From Eledone cirrhosa (lineage: Eukaryota), in NCBI GenBank assembly GCA_964016885.1, contig OZ024740.1, positions 292,640,001-292,704,000 of the forward strand: 64,000 bases of DNA, given 5' to 3'. This document shows, one piece after another, positions 26,719-39,198 of this stretch. The position numbers were made by a program, and so were the translations under genes. Under the pieces are notes generated by a model, which did no database searches, was not told the DNA's origin, and was given only the letters and a program-made list of their open reading frames with translations. Every line of letters begins with the position of its first letter. Within the stretch, counting starts at the first letter, position 1.

Positions 26719-28691
26719 TTGTTTCTACTTTTAGGCACAAGGCCAGCAATTACCCAGTGCATTACTGGTACTTTATTTTATCGACCCCGTAAGGATGAAA
26801 GGCAAAGTCAACCTTGGCGGGATTTGAACTCAGATCGTAAAGGGACGTAACTATGCTGGAAAGAATGGCGTCCGACCCTCTACCGATACTGCCAATTCAC
26901 TGCCCTATATATATATATATATTATGTATATATATATATTATGTGTAAATGTGGTTGGTATTAGGAAGGGCTTCCAGCTGTAAAAAAACCTGCCAGAGAC
27001 ACTTCCGTACGAACGAGACACGGTCTCCCGACTATTCCCGCATCAATTGGAACAAAACTGTCTAACCCATGCTAGCATGGAAGATGGAAGTTAAATGATG
27101 ATGATGATGATGATGATATATATATATGTGTGTGTGTATATATGTATATATTCAGTGTATATATATGTGTGTGTGTATATATATATATGTATATATATAT
27201 TTATTATATAAATATATAAATATATATATGTGAAGGCGCGTGGCTGAGTGGTTAGAGAATTGGATTCGCAATTGTGAGGTTGTGAGTTTGATTCCTGGAC
27301 CGGGCGATGCGTTATGTCCTTGAGCAAGACACTTTATTTCACGTTGCTCTTTCTGCCTGGAGTTGCGACCGATAGATAGTATTAGCAATCAGAAAGACTG
27401 ATGGAAGCATTGTTTCTTTGGTCCAATTTGACGAAAGTCGATCAACTGTCGATATATATATATGTCGTGTAGGCGCCACGGTTAAAAAGCACCCAGTGTT
27501 AGGAAGGGCATCCAGCTATAGAAATCAAGCCAAAATCAGTTCCTGTTTGAGCAGGACATGGTCACACGACTTGGCATTGCCCAGAACATTACAATCCGTC
27601 TACTCCATGGTGGTGGTGTGATGTATATATATAAAAGTGGAATCAAATGCTGTGTGCAGGAGAGGCAGTTGCGTTGGTATGGACATGTGATGAGTATGAA
27701 GGATGATAGCTGCATAAAAAGGTGCAGAGCACTAGAAGTCGATGGAAACCGCGGAGTGGGGAGACCCAAGAAGACCTGGGATGAGGTGATAAAAGCCGAC
27801 CTTACCCAATTACACCTCTCAAAAGCGATGGCACACAACCGTGACCCCTGGCGTCACGCAGTAATAAATACAGTTCCCGTATGAGCAAGGTATGGTCAGC
27901 CGACCGGCTGCTGCCCACAACAGGACAACCCGTCTAATCCATGCTAGCGTGGAAGCACGGATGTAAAACGGTGATGATGATATGTGTGTGTGTGTATATA
28001 TATATATATATTATGTGTAGATATATATATATATATTATTTGTACATATGTATATACATGTTATGTGTATATATATACATATATATTATGTGTATATACA
28101 TATTATGTGTATATATATATATCATCATCATCATTTTACGTCCGCTTTTCCCTGCTTGCAAGGGTGGGACGGGTCTTATTCAGCACAGCATCTCTCCACT
28201 CGTCACGGTCCTTCGTCATCTCCACCGTGAGCTTCAATGATCTGAGGTCTGTTCTCACCACCTCCGCCCATGTCTTTCGTGGTCTACCTCTACCACGTCT
28301 TCCTTCAACTGGCATTTCCTAGCACTTCTTCACCCATCGGTCATCCTCCATGCGCATCACATGTCCATATCACCTCAGTCTCCTCTCCCGTACACTACAT
28401 TCTATCCCTCTCAGACACAGTTTCTCCCTCAACACATTCATGCTGGGTCGTTCACGCACATTTACACTACACATCCAACGGAGCATGCTTGCCTCATTTC
28501 TCTCCAGCCGTCGCATATATATATATATATAGTTCAAATCGCGCCGAGTTTGACTTTGCCTTTCATCCTTACGGGGTCGATAAAATAAAGTACGAGTAAT
28601 GAACTGGCATAATTGCTGACCTTGTGCCAAAACTAGAAACAATTATGTGTATATACATATTATGTGTACACATATATATATATATATATAT

Positions 28692-29060
28692 TTGGCTCTG
28701 TCGGCCAGCTACATTTTTCAGCCTTGTGGCTTTCGAGACGTTTGGGGGAGTCGGGCCGCTGACTACGAGGGTCCTTTACTCACTGGCGGCTCGCTTAATA
28801 GAGATGACTGGCGAATCTCGCGAGGGTGCTTGGCTGTTTCACCGCATCAGACTCGCCATCGCCCGAGGCAACGCTGCGAGTGTGCTGGCTTGCCTCAAAA
28901 ATCATTAGAGACGTTGCCCAGTACTCGCAACGTTGCTGTGGTGTTGGCTCCGTTGTTCACCCCTTCTTTTACATTTTCTTTAATATTGTAGCATTGAAGG
29001 AATATATCTTTCATTATATCATCCTTTGTAGTGCTACCGAGGCATTTGTAATGTTATTGT
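28692..29060 (+). mobile_element. 3' fragment of a CRE-like (restriction-like endonuclease) non-LTR retrotransposon
   Basis: FSLVAFETFGGVG...WLFHRIRLAIARGNAASVLACL*, a typical CRE-clade C-terminus; begins at a TA tract. Confidence 0.7.
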
Positions 29061-30199
29061 AATGTTATTTATGTATATATTTAAAACATATTTGTTATGT
29101 TATTCTACTGTAAATTTATTTATATGCTCTGTTTATATTTTCATTCTGAAGGAATTGCAAACGATTTGTAATGTTGTTCGTGCAACTATGAAGTATTAAT
29201 TGTATTATATATGTTTATATTTTCATTCTGTAAGAATTATAAACAATAAAATTATAAAATATTTGAAACAGTATATAGAGAAAAATACATGAAGAGGTAT
29301 TTTTGTGTATTTCTCTCTATATACTGTTTTATAAATAATCGGGAATTTATTCCTTGAGCTTATTAAATTATATGGGATTAACGTGTCTTTAATTCGGTTT
29401 TTTTTTTTTAATTTAATATATATATAGGAAAGGTAGAACTTTCGAAGGTTTGGAGGTGTAGGGTTAAATGCAGAGCAAATATAAAAAAGTATATTGATGG
29501 AAAAATCAGCTTCTATCATTAAAAAAAACAAACATATTTCCTTACACATGTTTCTCAGGAGTTGTATATCCAGCTATGTGTAATGCTATGAAACATTTCG
29601 CATAATCTGTGTCCATATATAGGCGTAGATATATAGCCATAATTATACATTCCTTGTATTCGGAAGAGTGATAAAAGTTTTAAAATGACAGTTTTAAAGT
29701 GGCAATGTAAGAGAAATACTAATTTTACCGAAGGCAAGAATAATGAAGTTACGCTTGCATCATTTGTGCGGTGTATAAAACATATTAAAAAAATTATCAG
29801 TGTTTCTGTGTGATTCCTGTGCTGCTATTTTACTAATATGCATCTTCATATCCCTTCTGCCTGTTACTCCTTCACCTAACGAGAACACATCTCTCAAGTC
29901 ACATATATACATTCACTCACAAATTCAAACATATCATAAAGAAATACTCTTTTCTATAAACACTAAATTTAGTAGCGTGATATATTATGAATTCTAGTTG
30001 TGTTACATTTTGTTACATGGTTTCTTTATGTTCCATGGTACAAATAAAAATATCTAAAGTAGTAATTCGGTTTTCTCGTTGGTCTGTCTCAATTTATCTT
30101 TGACCCTGATCTCTTTTCTCACACCATTTAACACGTACAATACATACGACCAACACAACTTCAATCATACCCCCAACATGTCTGTTAAACGCACACATA

Positions 30200-30501
30200 A
30201 GGCCGGATTTTATGGTAGACAAAGGGGGAAAATGCCCCGGGACCCCTGCAGTGGGGGCCCCACCAGCGACGTCTGTAGCAATTTATTTGTGTTCTCTGCA
30301 AGGTTTTTTTTAAATTTTAGGATGGTTAGATTTTTTTTAAATTTAATACTTGTATGTATAACTTTACAATTCCCATTATTTGCACCAAGCTGACTTTGAT
30401 ATGTTAAATTGGTGGTTTGATGTATAGTCTAATTATTTGTGTATGAGTGGCCTCCCAAACCTGAAGTTGCCCCTGTCCTCCAAGTTTTAAATCCAGCCCT
30501 G
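30200..30501. mobile_element. hAT-like MITE
   Basis: Imperfect termini AGGCCGGATTT ... AAATCCAGCCCTG with GC-rich subterminal GGGGGCCCCC motifs. Confidence 0.55.
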
Positions 30502-31097
30502 CACACACACACATACACGGTGTTCTTTCGATTTAGGTACATGCCAATGTGATCAATAATTCCATTTTACTTATTTTAAATCAATTACAATAATTTTCTT
30601 CAAATACTTTTAAACATAATTTAATTACGAACATATTCTTTTACTGATAAAACATTCGGAATTTATTCCTACAGATAAGCAGAAATTAAATAAAGTGATA
30701 CCGATTTTCGTTTTATTATGTACAACGATTGCTGTCTATTTAAAAATAAACCGAAAGATGGGATGGGAGAAAGAAAGAGAGGGGTAGGTTTAATTTAAAG
30801 AAAATTTAAGAACTTCGCAAATCTTTGAGGCACGTGCTTTGACCCAGTATTTGATCTTTTCAGAGTCTGAAAAGCATTTGTAATGACTAAATGGCCAAAT
30901 CAAACATTCTATGAGTATTTAAAACCCTTTTCACCATCATTTACCAGTGGTAGTGTATGTTGTATTTGATAAAAAATGTAAACTTACCGCACAAAATTAG
31001 ATTTAGTTCTATATATAATAACAGTGCTCCAGCATGGCCTCAGCCTTTCGGCTGGAACACATAATAGAGTATTATAGTAATGAACTCAGTAAAATAA

Positions 31098-31349
31098 TCA
31101 CCGGAGAGAATATAAACAAACACTAGCTATTCTTTAGCCCTAGGTCGCCGGTTGTCTACTCACCGGAGAGAATATAAACAAACACTAGCTATTCTTTAGC
31201 CCTAGGTCGCCGGTTGTCTACTCACCGGAGAGAATATAAACAAACACTAGCTATTCTTTAGCCCTAGGTCGCCGGTTGTCTACTCACCGGAGAGAATATA
31301 AACAAACACTAGCTATTCTTTAACCCTAGGTCGCCGGTTGTCTACTCAC
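31098..31349. repeat. Minisatellite, 4 x 62 bp, almost perfect
   Basis: TCACCGGAGAGAATATAAACAAACACTAGCTATTCTTTAGCCCTAGGTCGCCGGTTGTCTAC starting at 31098, 31160, 31222, 31284. Confidence 0.95.
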
Positions 31350-32250
31350 TGTAGAATCAATCTAAGTCACTTGATGCAAGAATTGTCGATTAATAAAAAA
31401 TAACATGTTTCATTCTTTACCCTAGATTAGTAAGTTAACTAAATCTTTTTAGATTAGTTATGCAGTTCAAGCATGTATAATTTTTGTTTTTTGTTTTTTA
31501 CGTTTACAGTTGGTTTATTAAAATAATAGTTTATAAGTTTATAATTAAGATATTTTACAAAACAAAAGTTATACAATGATGAAAATATTAAAAAGGGTTA
31601 AAAACAAAAATTAAGTAATGAAAAAAAAAAGGTTGTGTGGTGGGGGTTAGAGGTAAAGCCGGACATATCTGGTTGTTAGGAAAGTAAAGGAAACGACTTA
31701 TATTAGCAATCCCTTTTGAAATATTCACTAATCCGTTTCGTTAATTCATGAAAATGAAATTATTCTTTTACATTTACCATTATTACTGGTTTTAATTTCA
31801 ATTACGCCGTTTTTTCTCTCTAATTTTGCCTATTAATATAATCAGCAGAAGTGGACTATGAATGTGGTTTGTATATAAGAATGAAAAAAAAAAAAACATC
31901 GATTTGAAATGTAAACAATGTTCATGTTTAAACATTTGACAACGTTAGGTTCATCAATTGAAAAATATTTATTAAATTCTACGTTAAACATACAAAACTG
32001 CTCATTTTACAATGTCCTACTCACATAATATAAGTTTTAAATATATACATAAATAACATTACAAATTGCTCACAATTCTTTTAGAATGAAAATATAGACA
32101 CAAATATAAACATAATAAATACAATTAACTATTTCTAGGAACCTCACAAAAAAACAACACACCAAAATATATGACCAGTGCGAGAGAAAGAAAAATAAAG
32201 TTTATATTTTACATTGCAATAGGAAGAGTAAAATAGTTTTTAAATGTTAC

Positions 32251-32362
32251 CTTTAGCATTTGCTGAAATAAAAGGCCATGTATTTACAACAATAGGTAGG
32301 TTCGAACATGCAGATGTGATAACAAAAGTTACAAGTAATAACAAGCAGCTGCGCAGGGCCAT
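32251..32362 (-). CDS. AGA: Aspartylglucosaminidase coding exon 1 (signal peptide + N-terminus)
   Basis: Translates MALRSCLLLLVTFVITSACSNLPIVVNTWPFISANAK; LPxVVNTWPF is the AGA N-terminal motif; 112 nt, phase-1 donor G|GTAAC. Confidence 0.93.
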
Positions 32363-32701
32363 TGTAGGAAATGAAATGAGATTATTTCAGTAAAATTATA
32401 GAGTGGTCTCCCCTGAACACTAACAAGGTCGGCCATGAAACCAGCTCGTGTTAACAGTAATTCCATGTAACTCTTTTCAACTTCAACACGTAATCCACTT
32501 TATGTACAATTGTTTATTTACTGTTCTTTTATTTTAATATGTAATTTTTATTTATTTTATATGTGACTTTCTTTGTTTTATTGATAGGTGACTGTTAAAT
32601 ATTGTTCTTCATGTGTTAGGTTAACCTTCAAAGTTGACCAAAACAAATATGTTTCGGCAATTGCTTATATTAACGGTCTCTTACTGAAAACTGATGTTTC
32701 A

Positions 32702-32755
<54 letters not shown>

Positions 32756-32943
32756 TTGGCTAAATAGTGAGCTTTGCTACTCTGGAGTTTCGGCTGTTTA
32801 TCATAGGGTCATCATACAAATAAACCGGCGAAACTGCAGAGTAACAAGACTCGCTATTTAGCCTTAATAAAATGAATATTAAAACTCTACTTTGGTCTTA
32901 GTACTCTTTTCTTTCAGCCGCCAACCACATACGGATATATATA

Positions 32944-32976
<33 letters not shown>

Positions 32977-33210
32977 TGATATATTTACAACTTGTTCAAT
33001 CGATTAGCTGTTATGTAATAAGAACATGGAAATTGATTTCTTATGTAACGCATTACATCTCAAATTTGGCGGACAGGGATTACATGCGATGTCCATATTT
33101 AATTTCCATTTAAACAGTGTCCTTTATAACATACACATATCCGTGTATTGCCATGAAATATGAGAGTGAGAAATTTGAAATCAGTTTGAGATAAGGGTTC
33201 TAGGTCAGTA
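32363..33210. promoter_or_regulatory. Probable AGA promoter region, possibly bidirectional with the MKKS unit
   Basis: Immediately upstream of the AGA ATG; the MKKS-unit exon at 37889 has an acceptor and needs an upstream first exon. TSS not identifiable from sequence. Confidence 0.4.
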
Positions 33211-34514
33211 TTTGTTCCCGGTCTTGTTACAACTATATTTCAGCCCCTCATTTCCCCCCATTTACTCGTTACTCTTCAAATTAACAAAATCTGCAATATC
33301 CACTAGATTGAACCCCTTATGTTATTGTTCAGCCCAAGGTATTCTCTAATCGAGTAGACCCATGAACAATGACATTCAAGTTGTGACTTTTATTAAGTTT
33401 TAAATATGTACATAAATAACATTACAAATGCTCTCAATTCTTTTAAAATGAAAATATAAACACATACAACAAATACGATTAACTATTGTTAGGAACCTCA
33501 CAAATACATTGCACCTAAATATAAGACCAGAGCGAGAGAAAGAAAAAAGTAAGAAATATGGGTGCAATAATATAAAAAGAAAACGGCCATCAATTCACCA
33601 AGTGCAACAATCGGCCGCACATTACAAGGGTTTTGTGACCATCTTGTCTTTTTCATTTGTACAAGGAACCCAGTACCATATCCAATGTGTCCTTTCTTTG
33701 ATGGTCGGGTCTGTTATGATTTGAGGGAAATGTTCTTGTTTCTCATATGAGAAGAAAGTACACATTACATAATGTACTATCTCATTTATACAATGAGTTA
33801 AAACCTTACTTTAACCGAGAGCATGGAAGTAATTAATAGACATCAAAGCAACAATCAAAAGAAATAAATGCAACAAGATGAATTAATTAAAATCCTTGAA
33901 CAATATAGAAAATGCAGTGTAGGAATAAATTTGGTGTTTAACATTTTCATGACTGCATTTCTAATGAAATACACTCTATTTCAATTTTTTAATGAACATT
34001 TTTTAGGGATTTACTAAAATTATTAGTTATTTCATTGCTAAGATAGTAACTTAATGTAAGGTTCTTATATAAAATTATGTTGGAAGATTTTAATTTAAAT
34101 TGGAAACCTTTAAAGTGACTCTATTTCATAGTTTTGGCCAAGCTGGTAACAAAACGGTTAATGTTTAAAATGGGTGACTTTATTTCATAGAATCGGAGCC
34201 GGGTTGGTAACAAAAAGGTTTAAGCCAACTGGTGAAGGCAAAAGATATGTTGCATGTCTAACCATAGGTCTACATAATTAGTGTTGACTTGGGACAACAA
34301 CACTACTGTCACTTAACTTAATGGCTTCATCATCATCATCATCACTGTTTAACGTCTATTTTTCCATGTTTGCATGGGTTAGACGGGTCGTCCACATTAT
34401 GACACAAGTCAGTTCAGTTGGCTGTGCTGTACTTTGCTCAAACAGATCTATATTTTGGTTGTTTTTTTTTACAACTGGATACCCTTCCTAATACCAACCA
34501 CGTTTGCAGTGTCA

Positions 34515-34890
34515 TATATATATATGATGGTTGTCTACTCAATACAAAGCTTGACCACCTCAATGTACATGGAGCTCAGTTCTGACATGCGAACCTATGT
34601 GGCTTTTTAGACGAGTCATACTTTTAAAATGTCATCCGCATACATTACACCTTAGTTTTGTTGTAGCTTTAACTGCCTGAGTTGTCTGATCTTGATGAAC
34701 CTTGAAATGTCTCTTTTGACCTCCTTTAGATTTGAATATTTTGTGACATATGTGGCATTGATAGGTATGAACTGGTTGAAATGTTCTGAGGTCAGTAGGA
34801 AGTGTCCTATTGTGTGCTCTTATGTGAGATTGAAGTCCAGCTTCCGACAGGCAGATTTTGCCACAAACTGTACAATAAAAGTTTGAAACA
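34515..34890 (-). pseudogene. Decayed triple C2H2 zinc-finger coding segment, probably the 3' end of a LINE
   Basis: FYCTVCGKICLSEAGLQSHIRAH...YQCHICHKIFKSKGGQKRHFKVH...LRCNVCG*HFKSMTRLKSHIGSH; in-frame stop; short 3' UTR then CAT/TA tail. Confidence 0.75.
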
Positions 34891-37800
34891 TCAATGTTTG
34901 ACTATGAGAAATAGTCTAAGTTAGGCATATAGGTTGTTAAATATCACCATTTAACAACTGTTTCTCTTACTGTCAAGAGTTGGACGGGATGTCATTGACT
35001 AAGTCAGCACTTATTCAGTTCTCCTGACCTCTCAGACAGGCTGGGATGCATATCTCACATTCCTGTACGCTTGCTAGTGCACCACATGCAATTTATCATG
35101 GCATTAGCAATTGGAAGATTGTCATGTCTTTGACACAGCTGAAGAGTACTCCCAACACTTTGGCAAATTTTTTTCACTCACAAAGCATTGGTCAGCATAT
35201 GGCTATAGAAGAAGACTCTTGTCCAAAATGTTACACAGTGTAATTATAACCAAAACTTAGTGGTTGTAAGGTTAAGTTCTTAACTCCACAACCATGCCTG
35301 CTTTCATTATGTAGAAATTTCATAAGCTGTTATATATGTATATCATAGTTATGATATGTCTACTTTCCCTGCTGGCTTGGTTTCTAAGGCTGAATACGCT
35401 TTCTAACACCAATCACTTTACAATCACTGTTTGATGCAAGCTCTTGCTGTTCTTATGCATCTGCCATATACAATGTCTACATTCTTTGTTAGTCTCCTTG
35501 AGATCCCACTATACTTCTTGTGCACAATCTGTTCTCTGTATGGAATTCCTACCAACTCCTTTTTTGCATATTAGGCATGCTATTTCCCTAATTGAATGAT
35601 GGTTTTGTCACTAGGCCACACATACACACATGTACATAATCTAGTGCTCATACGTTCATAGATTCTCATCCTGAACTGGCAACTTATATTCTTGAGCAAG
35701 ATGCTTCATTTCATGTTGTTTTTCTTGATAGATCTGGTGTCCCTATCACTTGAAATCTCCTATGAGATGTAACCTCATAGGAGGCTAGTTAAACCTACAC
35801 AGGTGTGAGCTGTAAATTCCATTTTTTTTTTCTCCTAAAGTTTACAAAGAGGTAGTACTATTTTTTCTGACACAGATCGTTACTAGTGTCCTCAGGTTCT
35901 ACTGTTTTATCTCACCTCTGCTAGTGATACAAATGAAACAAATGTTAGTAGTAATTTTTATTAGTTTTTCCAATTCTGCAACTTTCAAAATATATTCATT
36001 CATTACATTTATATCATTCTGGTGATTAAATTAATCCTAATGCATATCAAATTTAACTATCTTCAGTTATTTTACTACAAACCTCACATTCTCAACATAG
36101 CCAACGATTCATGATATAGACCCTATTGATATCCTCCTCCTGCCCTTCTTTCTTCTACTTCTTAGGAGGGTCGTCTTGGAGGCAGAGTCCTCAAACATGC
36201 CTTCCAGAGGATCCCATCAGGTTTGATCTGGTTTGATCCCCAACCAAGACCAACTGAACTCATGGATGTTATCCAACCATCTTGCTCATGTTATCATCAT
36301 CATCATCATTTTACGTCCGTTCTTCCATGCTAGCATGGGTTAGACGGGTTGTCCTGTTGTGGGCAGTGTCTGGTCGGCTGACCATGCCTTGCTCATACAG
36401 GAACTGATTTTGGCTTGATTTCTACAGCTGGATGCCCTTCCTAACATCAACCTCATTTACAGTGAGTGCTGGGTGCTTTTTCCGTGGCGCCTAAAACTAA
36501 AATACTTATGTGATAGTCCAGTAACAGCATTTTTAACGAAATTAAAATTTCAACATGCTGGGCTAAAACAGGTTCACCACTACTGTTTTAGGAGCTTTCT
36601 CAACTGGCTAGAAATAGCTACTAAGTCACTCTGAAATCATACCCTACTGTCTTAAAATAGAAAGAACACATTGGATAGTATAGTCCAAGATTCATCATCA
36701 TCACTGTTCAATATCTATTTTCCATGCTTGTATAGGTTGGATGGGTTGTAATGTAATGAGGTTAGACTGATCAAGTAACGTAACCATGTCTTAAGTAGCC
36801 ATAACTGGAATACCTTTGATTATATATTTGGTATCTAACCATCTTGCTCATGATCTACCTCTGGGTCTTCTGGCAGTTGATATCCTCTTCAAATACAAGA
36901 TAATTGTATTCTGATATATTTGCAAAAATAATATATTAGGATTTGGATTTTATTATTTTTCTTGTCAAAGGAGGTGGATTAGCAGTATCGGTAGAGGGTC
37001 GGACGCCATGCTTTGACGCATAGAGTTACAGCCCTTGCCATTCTGAGTTCAAATCCCGCCGAGGTTAACTTTGCCTACGGGGTCGATAAAATAAAGTACC
37101 AGTAATGCACTGGGTAATTGCTGGCCTTGTGCCAAAAGTAGAAACAATTATTTTTCTTGTCAAAGCATCAAAGCAAATGAGCCAGCTAAAAAAAATTTAG
37201 AGAGTATTTCTAGTGTTTTTTAAAATTCACTTTCAATTGGAAGCTGTTCCCACACATCAGATGATATTACTTCTACACATAGATATCTTGAAACGACATC
37301 CTCCAAGGGTTAGATCTCATTTGGCATGAAATCCCTCACCAACAACATACGCTTTTTTGAGCTGGCTGATCTTGAACTATCTCTGCTTCATCCCATTAAC
37401 TGACTCATCTCTCCTCCTCTCATCATCTCACTTGTTTGCATCTCTCTAGTCTCTGCACTTATTACTTTATTTAGAATATCAACCCTCTGGAATTTTCTCA
37501 TTTCCATGTTTTTCCTTAGGTCGAGGGTCGTGTTTGAAAAATATATTGCAGTCTCCATTTCATGCTGCAAAAAACTGGCGATGGGCCTATGACTTGTTCT
37601 GGGAGGTGTGGGATGGACGCACAAAGAATGCATATCTCGAGGCCTCATGTTTTTCCTGCAACCATGTGGAACATCAGGTACACCGATCTCACTGATCTTG
37701 GAGGGCCTGAAAAATACATGGAAACACATACACACCTTTCTTTCAGATTATGCTGTTAAATAATATAAATTGTTTCTATGCCCAAAGATGGAAAATTTAG

Positions 37801-37895
37801 AAGAAGGGTTAGAAAGAGAAAGTGTTTAGTAGTTTTAAACTATTTGCCATGATAATCCTGGAATTCTTTTTTTTTTGTTTTTCTTCAGCTAAACA

Positions 37896-38075
37896 ATGTT
37901 GAAGCAACTGAAAGCCTTTTTTAAGAATTACACAGTGGTAGCTATTATGATCCCATCAATAGTTGCCTTACATGCTGGTTGGTATCATTTGCAATTTGAT
38001 TCCACTTTTATTGAACCTGAGAGGCAGGAAATTCGATTATTTGGTAAAGTAATTAAGAAAGCCCCCAAAGAATAA
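37896..38075 (+). CDS. 59-aa single-TM microprotein, putative uMKKS1 homolog (exon 37889-38106)
   Basis: Long polypyrimidine tract + CAG acceptor, AAACAATG start, MLKQLKAFFKNYTVVAIMIPSIVALHAGWYHLQFDSTFIEPERQEIRLFGKVIKKAPKE*, then donor AAA|GTGAGT. Confidence 0.85.
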   Translation: MLKQLKAFFKNYTVVAIMIPSIVALHAGWYHLQFDSTFIEPERQEIRLFGKVIKKAPKE

Positions 38076-38212
38076 TATAGAAAACTCAAGTTACCAAAAT
38101 ATAAAAGTGAGTTCAGATTACTTTTATAAATATAAATTAAAAATATTGTTCATTTCTACTTTTCTTTTGTTTAATATAAGTAGTTTAGTTGACTGGCTAA
38201 TATCAGGTGTCA

Positions 38213-39198
38213 TCATTATTACCGTTTTACGTCCATTCTTCCACGCTAGCATGGGTTAGATGGGTTGTCTTGTTGTGGGCAATGCCAGGTCGGGTGACCT
38301 TGTCTTGCTCAGATGGGAACTGATTTTGGCTTGATTTCTACAGCTGGATGCCCTTCCTAACACCAACCTCATTTACAGTGAGTGCTGGGTGCTTTTTTTC
38401 CATGGCACCTGCACTGCCACTTTACAGTGTAGGCTGGGTGCTTTTTTGTCGTGACACCTCCATGACCACTTTGCAGTGGGAGGGGAGGGGGGCATATTGT
38501 CTATATGCTTCATGGGAAGTCTGGTCTTCTGTATTACTGCATGACGCTAGCGGTCATGATCCTGTGTCATCCCCTTTGAGAGATGCAATTGGGCAAGGTC
38601 AGCTTTTATCACCTCATTCCAGGTCTTCTTGAGTCTCTCCACTCCATGGCTTCCATCGACTTCTAGTGCTCTGCACCTTTTTATGCAGCTGTCATCCTTC
38701 ATACGCATCACATGTCCATACCAATACAACCTCCTCTCCTGCACACAGCATTTGATTCCTTTTATGCTCAGTCTCTCTCTCGATTCGTTTTTTATGCTTT
38801 GCCATTCACGTATATTACTATTACACATCCATCAGAGCATGCAAGCTTCATTTCTTTCTAATCTACACAAGTCTTCTACACACAGCGCCTAGGTCTCACT
38901 ACCATGTAACATTGCTGTTCGTATGCACGCATCATATAGTCTGCATTTCATTTTGAGGGAAAAAGCCTTTTGCAGCTAGCAGTAGTAGTAGCTCCCTGAA
39001 CTTCTTCCATCCCGTTCTTACCCTGGTAACTATGGTAACAATGTAAATGTGGTTGGTGTTAGGAAGGGCATCCGAAACCAAACCAGAATCAGTTGTATGA
39101 GCAAGACATGGTCATCTGATCTGGTTTGTCTCACAGCGGGACAACTCGTCTAACCCATGCTAGCATGGAAGAATGGACATTAAATGAGGATGATGATT
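38213..39198 (-). mobile_element. RTE 3' fragment with tail plus an adjacent opposite-strand tail
   Basis: MCNSNIREWQSIK...[26 protein letters not shown]; same subfamily as 27632-27865. Confidence 0.8.

Noticed and set aside
31098-31349. CRISPR-like regular repeat
   Set aside because: Units are contiguous and identical with no unique spacers, no cas genes, eukaryotic context.
33153-33194. Short plus-strand ORF MKYESEKFEISLR as a possible third uORF
   Set aside because: Only 13 codons, no recognisable similarity and no evidence that it is exonic.
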